DNA of 64,000 nt from Planctomycetota bacterium (GTDB lineage Bacteria; Planctomycetota; B15-G4): NCBI GenBank assembly GCA_965248575.1, contig CBDFJQ010000002.1, positions 736,001-800,000 of the forward strand. Reading direction: 5' to 3'. Positions 56,250 through 64,000 of the stretch are shown here, piece after piece. Numbering within the stretch: position 1 is the first letter of the stretch; the number at the start of each line of letters is the position of its first letter. Under the pieces are notes generated by a model. The model saw nothing but the letters and a program-made list of their open reading frames with translations, was not told the DNA's origin and searched no databases. Both the position numbers and the translations under genes were made by a program.

Positions 56250-58564
56250 TTGAAGTAGGGGATCTGGGAGGCGTGTTTGAGATCCATGGCTTGGTCGAAG
56301 GGGCGGACGCTCTTGCGCCAGCGTTCCAGTTGCTTGCGGAGGGGGGCCAGCAAACTCTCGGAAGGGGCGACGACGGGTTTGCCGGTCTCACGATTGATGA
56401 GCACTTCTTCGCCCGTGGACGTTCGTTCATAGCTCCATTTGTCCGTGATCAGTGCACGACGGGCGGCGAAGTAGTAATCCCGGAACACCCGCTCGCTGAT
56501 CCGGGGTGCACCGGGGCCCAGGCCGCGGTCAATCGCCGGATCCTGGTCCGTGCGGCCGGCTATGCCCGGCACCAGGGTGGGGTGTGATTCGACCCGGCGA
56601 ATCCAGTGACCCAGCAGGTTCTTGAGCGAGGGAGGAGGGGCGGCGTCCGTGTCGGGCAGGTGCAGCTCCGTGGCGCGCATCAGGTTCACCTCGCGCTGCA
56701 CCGTTCCCGGTTGCATGATCTGCCGCATCTGCCGCTCGAGGGGCTCGCTGTGTTCCCAGCCCGGCGCGCCGGTGTTGTAGTGCAGCTCGGCGACGATGGG
56801 TGTGTGGGAGCGTGGGCCGAAGAGGTCGGAGCCAGGCAGAGCCCCTCCTGTGGCGGAGCGTGCATCGATCCCGAGCCGGCCCAGAAGTGTGGGGAGGAGG
56901 TCGATGGACTGGACGGGGTGAGTGACCCGCCGCGGTTCTTCGGCGGGGTCATAGATGAACAGGGGCAGGTCGATGAGGGGCGAGGAGAGCAACCTCCCGT
57001 GCCCGAAGTCCGTGCTTTCACCAAGGGATTCGCCATGGTCAGACGTGAAGACCACGAGGGTGTTCTCAAGCAACCCACGTTCTTCGAGGCCGGCCAGCAG
57101 GCGACCGCATTCGTCGTCGAGATAGCGCACGGTCTTGTCGTAGAGATCGGACAGGTACTGGAGGTCCTCCGGGGTGTACGGGTGCGTCCCCGTCGCAGCC
57201 AGGAGCTGCCGCCAATACACGAGATGGATACTCGGGAAGGCGGGCACGCTTGAGGCGCGAATGATGGGGTCCCACTCCCGGCCCGCCGGCTTCTCGACGG
57301 TCTGGAAGCCCGGGTTGAAGTCCGCTGGGAACTGGTAAGGACGATGGTTCGCCATGTAGCCCGCGAACAGGAAAAACGGCCTGTCGTCCTCGCGCGCCAT
57401 GTCCACGTACTGAAGCGCAGCCTCCGTCGTTTCGTGGACCCCCAAGTCGCCGGGGTTCTCGGGCAGTACGGGGGTGAAGAACGGAGCGCCTTGGGCCACG
57501 CCAGTCAACGAATCGAAGGCTTCTTCGAGGGGGAAGACGCCACGCACTGCTCGACGGGTTCTGGAGTCGCGAACCGCATCGGTGCTGGTGTCCTGCACCC
57601 AGTCGAAGGGTGTCACATAGCCCTGCTGCAAGCCGTTGATCATCGAGTTGCTGCTGACCGCCATGGTGCGGTAGCCGTGGTCCTTCAAGATGCCGGGCAG
57701 CGTCGCGAAGGAACTGTGCAGGAGCCGCGCTTCCGTGCTCGATCCGTGTTCCATGAGCCAGCGGCCAGTCCAGAGCGACGCGGTTGACGGAATGGTCCAG
57801 GACGAGTTGGCGACGGCGTCATCGAAGACGGTGGAGCGCGCTGCAAAGGCGTCGATCCGTGGAGAGGTCGGGTGTTTGTCGTAGCCGTAGAGACCCAGTC
57901 GATCCCGGCGCAGTGTGTCCGCCAGGATGAAGACGATGTTCGGTTGCCGACTCAGGCTCGCGAGCTTCTGGGACGCGGAGGCTTGAGGGAGGGAGCGCAC
58001 AGCAGCGAGCGCGACGACCCCCGTCACGGCGAGCACGAGGGCAGCCACGGGGATCCCGGGCCCCGCCGCGGTCTTCTGCAGTGGTTTCAGGCGCAACACC
58101 AGGCCGAAAAGGGGGCGCAGGATGGCGAAGAGAGCCAGCTGTGCCAGGATCGCGACCCGCAGGTTCGATCCTGAGCCCGCCTCGTGGAAGGCGAGGGTCT
58201 CAGCGGCGCCCGCCAGCGAACCCTCGCCGAGCGCGGCCAGATGTCCATGGTGCAGGGCCAGTGTGGCTGCGAGCGCCGAGGCGAAAGCGGTGGCGCCGGT
58301 CCTGTCAGCACTCATCTCTCCGGAGTCGCGATCCTGCCGCTTGCTTGGCCGCTTCCGTGCGACCAGCGCCTCCGGGAGAGCCAGGATGAGGGCTAGAGCG
58401 AGGCCGATCAGCGCGTGACTCAGGAAAGCATCCCGCAGGAGTCGAGGGCCGGTTGCGGCACCTCCGGGCTCCAAAGCCACGACAATCGCCGCGTCGAGCC
58501 AAGCCAGCAGCAGGAAGGGGGCAAGCCATCGGATGGCTGTTCGAACAAACGAAGCGATGGCCAC
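56246..58564 (-). CDS. Membrane-anchored sulfatase-like (alkaline phosphatase superfamily) protein
   Basis: N-terminal TM bundle; PNIVFILADTLRRD, SSWTIPSTASLWTG, VVFTSDHGE, IDLLPTLL. Confidence 0.85.
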   Translation of the reverse strand: MAIASFVRTAIRWLAPFLLLAWLDAAIVVALEPGGAATGPRLLRDAFLSHALIGLALALILALPEALVARKRPSKRQDRDSGEMSADRTGATAFASALAATLALHHGHLAALGEGSLAGAAETLAFHEAGSGSNLRVAILAQLALFAILRPLFGLVLRLKPLQKTAAGPGIPVAALVLAVTGVVALAAVRSLPQASASQKLASLSRQPNIVFILADTLRRDRLGLYGYDKHPTSPRIDAFAARSTVFDDAVANSSWTIPSTASLWTGRWLMEHGSSTEARLLHSSFATLPGILKDHGYRTMAVSSNSMINGLQQGYVTPFDWVQDTSTDAVRDSRTRRAVRGVFPLEEAFDSLTGVAQGAPFFTPVLPENPGDLGVHETTEAALQYVDMAREDDRPFFLFAGYMANHRPYQFPADFNPGFQTVEKPAGREWDPIIRASSVPAFPSIHLVYWRQLLAATGTHPYTPEDLQYLSDLYDKTVRYLDDECGRLLAGLEERGLLENTLVVFTSDHGESLGESTDFGHGRLLSSPLIDLPLFIYDPAEEPRRVTHPVQSIDLLPTLLGRLGIDARSATGGALPGSDLFGPRSHTPIVAELHYNTGAPGWEHSEPLERQMRQIMQPGTVQREVNLMRATELHLPDTDAAPPPSLKNLLGHWIRRVESHPTLVPGIAGRTDQDPAIDRGLGPGAPRISERVFRDYYFAARRALITDKWSYERTSTGEEVLINRETGKPVVAPSESLLAPLRKQLERWRKSVRPFDQAMDLKHASQIPYFK

Positions 58565-58977
58565 ACACAGGCTCGCGATTCTTGGGATCCGGGCGCTCTG
58601 GGCGGCACCTCAGCGGGCGAGTCTAGCAGCCGCCTGTGCCGCACTCCTGCACGGGCTCCCAGCATCTTTGAGCTGCCTCGTGTCTCAGGGCGGCGGCACA
58701 TGGTTCGCCCTGAAATCATCGTCGGATTCCTGTTCCGAACCCCTTTTGTGGGCGATCACTGGGGAAGAAGAGCGTTCGTCAAGCGAACTTCTCAAGAAGA
58801 GCGACTTTTCCATTCTGGATCACTGGACTACTCTTAGGGGTCCCGAACTCGCCGTGCGTTCGTGGTTCGCGCCTTTACGAAGGGGCTGTGCGAAGTCACG
58901 GCAATGCCTGCGTTTGCCTTTGAAGTTCGAACGGGCCGGCACGCGTTGGGTGGATCTGACATCTGGAGGTCTTTCTC

Positions 58978-61900
58978 GTGCACACGCTCTTGCTCGCTTG
59001 CGCTCTCACGCTTCTCCCTGCCCCGGCAACGACACCGAGCTTTCGCCTCGTGGAGTTCACCGGCGATGCTCTTCCCGACAAGCTGCTCATGCTTGAAGAC
59101 GGAAGCCTGCAACTGGAAGTGAATCATGGCGGGGGACTCTTCCTGCCGGTTGAACAGACCTTGCCGCGCATCCATGTGGCAGAGGTGCTCGCGGGAGATT
59201 TCAACGGCGATGGAATGACCGACCTCTACCTCGTCTCGCCCCGAGACAATGCCTTGTTGATTGGCGACGGCTTTGGGCTCTTCCGGGATGACACCGCCTT
59301 GCTAGGCGTTACGGAGCGTGGGTTCGGCGTCTCTGCAGAGCGGCTGGATGTCGACGGCGATGGCGCGCTTGACCTCCTCATCCACAACAAGAACAGCGAC
59401 GTGCTTTTCTGGTGGCGCCCGAGTCTCGGTCGCTTTGAGCGGGAAGGCCTGGCCGCAGGTGCAGGCGGCCCGACGCTCGGCGATGCAAGCGGCTCCGACC
59501 TCCTCGACGTCGACCTCGGCGCCGACTCCGGGACCCTCAGCGGCCTCGGTTCTGATGCGGGGTCCGGCGACAAGACGGCTGGCAAGGCCTCCGCGCAAGG
59601 CGGGGTTTTCTCAACTCTCACGCCGACCGAGTTCAACTTGTTGGTGCGTATGATCGTCGACAAGCTGAAGGCAGTCTTCATCCTCGACGAAATGAACCAG
59701 GTGGACGCCGAGGACGTTCTCGATTACTCGTTGACGGGCCCCGACGTCTCCACCTTGAGTGGCGATATTGTTCACCTTGGTGGGCGCATGGGAGTCGGTA
59801 CCGCGAGTCCTCAGTCTGAACTGGATGTGGTGGGCTCCGTGTCTGTCGGCGGAACCCCGGTGATAGACAACACAGGTCGTTGGGTGGGTGACCCCACGGA
59901 CCTTCAAGGCCCTTCCGGCCCTGCAGGGGCTGACGGTGCAGCCGGTCCGGCCGGAGCGGATGGCTCTCCTGGGCCCCAGGGCGACCCCGGTGTTGCAGGT
60001 GATGCCGGCCCCCCTGGATCCGATGGTGCTCCTGGCCCCCTGGGTCCGACCGGTCCGGCAGGCATGACCGGCTCAACTGGACCTGCGGGAGCAGATGGAG
60101 CTGCCGGTGCCACGGGTCCTACTGGACCCGCAGGGCCAACCGGACCCATCGGACCGTCGGGAGGCCCGGTGGGCCCCGCAGGACCGACCGGAGTCGCGGG
60201 CCCCACGGGGGCACCCGGCGCTGATGGACTCGATGGCTTGGACGGTGATGTCGGGCCAGCTGGTCCGACGGGCGCGGACGGCCCCATGGGATCCACTGGA
60301 CCGACTGGTGCCACGGGTGCCGTGGGAGCTACGGGTCCTGATGGAATTCAGGGCGTCGCCGGCATGGATGGAGCAGCGGGTGCCGATGGAGCTGCTGGGA
60401 TGGATGGCGCCGACGGTGCACCGGGAGTCGACGGTGCACCGGGAGTCGACGGAGCACCAGGTGTCGACGGCGTAGCAGGTCCCACGGGCGCCGATGGACC
60501 GGCCGGCCCTACGGGACCCGCAGGCCCAACAGGAAGTGCTGGCGCTGATGGCGCCCCCGGCGTTGCCGGAATGGACGGAGCAGCTGGCATGGATGGCGCT
60601 CCCGGCGCGGATGGGGCCACCGGCCCCGCAGGCGCTACGGGACCTGCTGGCCCAACGGGAGCAACTGGCACGCAAGGTGTTCCCGGCATGGATGGTGGCC
60701 CGGGTGCTGACGGGGCCGTCGGCCCTGCCGGTGCGACGGGACCCGCAGGCCCAACAGGAAGTGCTGGCGCTGATGGCGCCCCCGGCGTTGCCGGAATGGA
60801 CGGAGCAGCTGGCATGGATGGCGCTCCCGGCGCGGATGGGGCCACCGGCCCTGCCGGCGCTACGGGACCTGCTGGCCCAACGGGAGCAACTGGCACGCAA
60901 GGTGTTCCCGGCATGGATGGTGGCCCGGGTGCTGACGGGGCCGTCGGCCCTGCCGGTGCGACGGGACCCGCAGGCCCAACAGGAAATGCTGGCGCTGATG
61001 GCGCCCCCGGCGTTGCTGGGATGGACGGAGCAGCTGGCATGGATGGCGCTCCCGGCGCGGATGGGGCCACCGGCCCCGCAGGCGCTACGGGACCTGCTGG
61101 CCCAACGGGAGCAACTGGCACGCAAGGTGTTCCCGGCATGGATGGTGGCCCGGGTGCTGACGGGGCCGTCGGCCCTGCCGGTGCGACGGGACCCGCAGGC
61201 CCAACAGGAAGTGCTGGCGCTGATGGCGCCCCCGGCGTTGCCGGAATGGACGGAGCAGCTGGCATGGATGGCGCTCCCGGCGCGGATGGGGCCACCGGCC
61301 CCGCAGGCGCTACGGGACCTGCTGGCCCAACGGGAGCAACTGGCACGCAAGGTGTTCCCGGCATGGATGGTGGCCCGGGTGCTGACGGGGCCGTTGGCCC
61401 TGCCGGTGCGACGGGACCCGCAGGCCCAACAGGAAGTGCTGGCGCTGATGGCGCCCCCGGCGTTGCCGGAATGGACGGAGCAGCTGGCATGGATGGCGCT
61501 CCCGGAGCGGATGGGGCCACCGGCCCTGCAGGCGCTACGGGACCTGCTGGCCCAACGGGAGCAACTGGCACGCAAGGTGTTCCCGGCATGGATGGTGGCC
61601 CGGGTGCTGACGGGGCCGTCGGCCCTGCCGGTGCGACGGGACCCGCAGGCCCAACAGGAAGTGCTGGCGCTGATGGCGCCCCCGGCGTTGCTGGGATGGA
61701 CGGAGCAGCTGGCATGGATGGCGCTCCCGGAGCGGATGGGGCCACCGGCCCCGCAGGCGCTACGGGACCTGCTGGCCCAACGGGAGCACCTGGCACACAA
61801 GGTGTTCCCGGCATGGATGGTGGCCCGGGTGCTGACGGGGCCGTCGGCCCTGCCGGTGCGACGGGACCCGCAGGCCCAACAGGAAGTGCTGGCGCTGATG

Positions 61901-63624
61901 GCGCCCCCGGCGTTGCTGGGATGGACGGAGCAGCTGGCATGGATGGCGCTCCCGGCGCGGATGGGGCCACCGGCCCCGCAGGCGCTACGGGACCTGCTGG
62001 CCCAACGGGAGCAACTGGCACGCAAGGTGTTCCCGGCATGGATGGTGGCCCGGGTGCTGACGGGGCCGTCGGCCCTGCCGGTGCGACGGGACCCGCAGGC
62101 CCAACAGGAAGTGCTGGCGCTGATGGCGCCCCCGGCGTTGCCGGAATGGACGGAGCAGCTGGCATGGATGGCGCTCCCGGCGCGGATGGGGCCACCGGCC
62201 CCGCAGGCGCTACGGGACCTGCTGGCCCAACGGGTGCAGCTGGCCCAACCGGTACTGATGGTGCCCCCGGCGCTGTCGGCGCTGCGGGGGCTGCGGGAAT
62301 GGATGGTGCCAATGGGGCCACCGGTCCCGCCGGCGCGACGGGACCTGCTGGCCCAACGGGAGCAACTGGCACGCAAGGTGTTCCCGGCATGGATGGTGCT
62401 CCCGGAGCTGATGGGGCCACCGGCCCCGCCGGCGCCACGGGATCTGCTGGCCCAACGGGTGCAGCTGGTCCAACCGGTGCTGCTGGCGCCCCCGGCGCTG
62501 CAGGCATGGATGGAGCCATCGGGCCCACAGGTCCTACCGGATCTGCCGGTCCGACCGGTTCAGCCGGATCCATGGGCCTGCCCGGTGCTGACGGTGCACC
62601 CGGCGCTACGGGTCCCACGGGAAGCGAGGGTCCGGCGGGCATCACCGGACCTACAGGCACCGCTGGCACAGATGGCCCTCACACGGGTGGCGTCAACAAC
62701 ACCTTTACCGCACCAGCGTTTGTCGGCGGTGGGACTGACAATGAAGCCACCGGGGTGCACTCGACCGTTGCCTCGGGTATCGGCAACCGGGCCCTGGGTC
62801 CACAGGCCACCATTGGCGGTGGCCGCATGAACACAGCCAACGGAACCCAGGCCTTCATCGGCGGAGGCGACAGCAACATCGCTGGCGGCGGTGCCGTGGT
62901 GGGCGGCGGTGCGACCAACACGGCCACCGGCCTGGGTAGCGTGGTGGGTGGCGGCACGGGCAACAGCACCTTCGCTTCACGGGCGACCGTCTCTGGCGGG
63001 CAGGACAACACGGCCAACGCGCTCTACGCCACCATTCCCGGCGGCTTGGACAATAGCGCCACGGGCGAGTACAGCCTGGCTGCCGGTCGTCGGGCGAACG
63101 CCACTCATTCGGGTTCCTTCGTCTGGGGCGACAACCTGGACCTGAACAAGCCCTCCCAAGGAACCAACACCTTCAGCGTGTTCTCCGCAGGCGGCGCGAA
63201 CTTCTTCACGAACTCCGCGCAGACGACGGGCGTCACCCTGACTCCCGGTGCGGGTACGTGGTCCAACTTGAGTGACCGCAACTTGAAGCGTGGGTTTGAG
63301 CCGGTCGATGCCCAGGAGGTCTTGGACCTCGTCGTGCAAATGCCGCTCTACACCTGGAGCTATGTTTCGCAGAGTCTGGATGTGCGGCACATGGGCCCGA
63401 CGGCGCAGGACTTCCGCGAAGCCTTTGGGCTCGGGTTCAGCGAGCGCTACATCGATGTGGTGGACCCCGATGGGGTCGCGCTCACGGCGATCCAAGGACT
63501 CAACGAACGGCTGGTCGTCGTGGCCGAAACCACCACGGATCAGCAGACGGAGCTCGCCTCCCTGCGTGCCCAGGTGGCGGAACTCGAAGCCTTGGTGCAG
63601 CGTTTGCTCGAGGAGCAGGACTGA
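58978..63624 (+). CDS. Secreted collagen-like fibre protein: FG-GAP repeats, about 300 Gly-X-Y triplets, GGGxxN beta-roll, S74 intramolecular chaperone
   Basis: Signal peptide; [11 protein letters not shown] and [13 protein letters not shown] region about 59908-62680; SDRNLK...[10 protein letters not shown]-terminal coiled coil. Confidence 0.9.
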   Translation: MHTLLLACALTLLPAPATTPSFRLVEFTGDALPDKLLMLEDGSLQLEVNHGGGLFLPVEQTLPRIHVAEVLAGDFNGDGMTDLYLVSPRDNALLIGDGFGLFRDDTALLGVTERGFGVSAERLDVDGDGALDLLIHNKNSDVLFWWRPSLGRFEREGLAAGAGGPTLGDASGSDLLDVDLGADSGTLSGLGSDAGSGDKTAGKASAQGGVFSTLTPTEFNLLVRMIVDKLKAVFILDEMNQVDAEDVLDYSLTGPDVSTLSGDIVHLGGRMGVGTASPQSELDVVGSVSVGGTPVIDNTGRWVGDPTDLQGPSGPAGADGAAGPAGADGSPGPQGDPGVAGDAGPPGSDGAPGPLGPTGPAGMTGSTGPAGADGAAGATGPTGPAGPTGPIGPSGGPVGPAGPTGVAGPTGAPGADGLDGLDGDVGPAGPTGADGPMGSTGPTGATGAVGATGPDGIQGVAGMDGAAGADGAAGMDGADGAPGVDGAPGVDGAPGVDGVAGPTGADGPAGPTGPAGPTGSAGADGAPGVAGMDGAAGMDGAPGADGATGPAGATGPAGPTGATGTQGVPGMDGGPGADGAVGPAGATGPAGPTGSAGADGAPGVAGMDGAAGMDGAPGADGATGPAGATGPAGPTGATGTQGVPGMDGGPGADGAVGPAGATGPAGPTGNAGADGAPGVAGMDGAAGMDGAPGADGATGPAGATGPAGPTGATGTQGVPGMDGGPGADGAVGPAGATGPAGPTGSAGADGAPGVAGMDGAAGMDGAPGADGATGPAGATGPAGPTGATGTQGVPGMDGGPGADGAVGPAGATGPAGPTGSAGADGAPGVAGMDGAAGMDGAPGADGATGPAGATGPAGPTGATGTQGVPGMDGGPGADGAVGPAGATGPAGPTGSAGADGAPGVAGMDGAAGMDGAPGADGATGPAGATGPAGPTGAPGTQGVPGMDGGPGADGAVGPAGATGPAGPTGSAGADGAPGVAGMDGAAGMDGAPGADGATGPAGATGPAGPTGATGTQGVPGMDGGPGADGAVGPAGATGPAGPTGSAGADGAPGVAGMDGAAGMDGAPGADGATGPAGATGPAGPTGAAGPTGTDGAPGAVGAAGAAGMDGANGATGPAGATGPAGPTGATGTQGVPGMDGAPGADGATGPAGATGSAGPTGAAGPTGAAGAPGAAGMDGAIGPTGPTGSAGPTGSAGSMGLPGADGAPGATGPTGSEGPAGITGPTGTAGTDGPHTGGVNNTFTAPAFVGGGTDNEATGVHSTVASGIGNRALGPQATIGGGRMNTANGTQAFIGGGDSNIAGGGAVVGGGATNTATGLGSVVGGGTGNSTFASRATVSGGQDNTANALYATIPGGLDNSATGEYSLAAGRRANATHSGSFVWGDNLDLNKPSQGTNTFSVFSAGGANFFTNSAQTTGVTLTPGAGTWSNLSDRNLKRGFEPVDAQEVLDLVVQMPLYTWSYVSQSLDVRHMGPTAQDFREAFGLGFSERYIDVVDPDGVALTAIQGLNERLVVVAETTTDQQTELASLRAQVAELEALVQRLLEEQD
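60511..62234 (+). repeat. 225-bp tandem repeat, about 7.7 near-identical copies (75 aa = 25 GXY triplets)
   Basis: ACGGGACCCGCAGGCCCAACAGGAA recurs at 60511, 60736, 60961, 61186, 61411, 61636, 61861 and 62086. Confidence 0.97.
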
Positions 63625-63670
63625 CCGCGGAGAGAGTCGGCAGCCAATCGCCGCGTGATAGGCTCCGGCC

Positions 63671-64000
63671 ATGACTCGCGCCGCTTCATCCGAAGTTCCC
63701 AGCGCCCCTCGGTCTCGGACCGGGGGGCGCTTGTCTGTCGGGTCTTGGTGGGGAGGGCTGCCCTCCTTGCTGGGCCGGTGCAGCCTCGCGTGCAGCCTCG
63801 CGTGCAGCCTCACGAGTGCCTGTGGTGACCCGCAGTCGGGTCCGGGGACGACAGGCCAGGGCACCATGGGCGCCGGCCTCGCAGAAGGGCAGCTGTCGTC
63901 CGGGGCGACCTCACTCGATGTCGAAGGCGCGGCCCCTCAACATGTCGTACTGGTGGTGCTCGACACGACCCATGCACGGCATCTCGGCTGCTACGGCGGC
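63671..64000 (+). CDS. 5' part of a sulfatase-like lipoprotein (truncated by the window edge)
   Basis: Manual translation from ATG 63671: ...CSLACSLACSLTSAC(GD)...PQHVVLVVLDTTHARHLGCYG; 12-bp repeat GTGCAGCCTCGC x about 3 in the signal region. Confidence 0.75.
   Translation, partial: MTRAASSEVPSAPRSRTGGRLSVGSWWGGLPSLLGRCSLACSLACSLTSACGDPQSGPGTTGQGTMGAGLAEGQLSSGATSLDVEGAAPQHVVLVVLDTTHARHLGCYGG

Noticed and set aside
60511..62234. Possible CRISPR array
   Set aside because: Contiguous 225-bp coding repeats with no unique spacers; no cas genes
60073..62830. Three alternative 770-aa ORFs over the collagen repeat
   Set aside because: By-products of a stop-free repeated unit; only the GXY frame connects to the signal peptide and S74 domain
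63230..63624. Prophage tail-fibre remnant
   Set aside because: The S74 domain is in a signal-peptide-bearing protein; no phage genes or integrase in the window

Overview
High-GC bacterial chromosome segment. The 16S gene carries Planctomycetota signatures: an exact Pla46 site and GGGAGGCTGCAG at the 338 region. Core loci are: the end of a pilin/secretion-type operon running into a PPIase, scpB and a PpiD-like chaperone; ndk-TPR-rnpA-yidD; a complete F1Fo ATP synthase operon; aspS-thrS-infC-rpmI-rplT-pheS-pheT; a 6S RNA recognised from its structure; a LysM L,D-transpeptidase; and a linked 16S-tRNAIle-tRNAAla-23S-5S operon. Two accessory blocks stand out. (i) 17.8-27.7 kb: two AftB-like GT-C membrane transferases, an arylsulfotransferase lipoprotein, a large secreted PHP-type metallohydrolase that appears to start at a CTG codon, a HAD phosphatase and an SGNH hydrolase. 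This is a candidate cell-surface glycan decoration/sulfation system. (ii) 50-64 kb: a PHP phosphoesterase, a HAD-PRTase-Myb-like fusion, a Nudix enzyme, a beta-helix-PHP fusion, two sulfatase-like genes and a 1548-aa collagen-like fibre protein with FG-GAP, beta-roll and S74 chaperone domains and a 225-bp tandem repeat. infC appears to start at ACG. No CRISPR array, IS element or prophage was seen. All calls come from motif recognition only; no database search was run.
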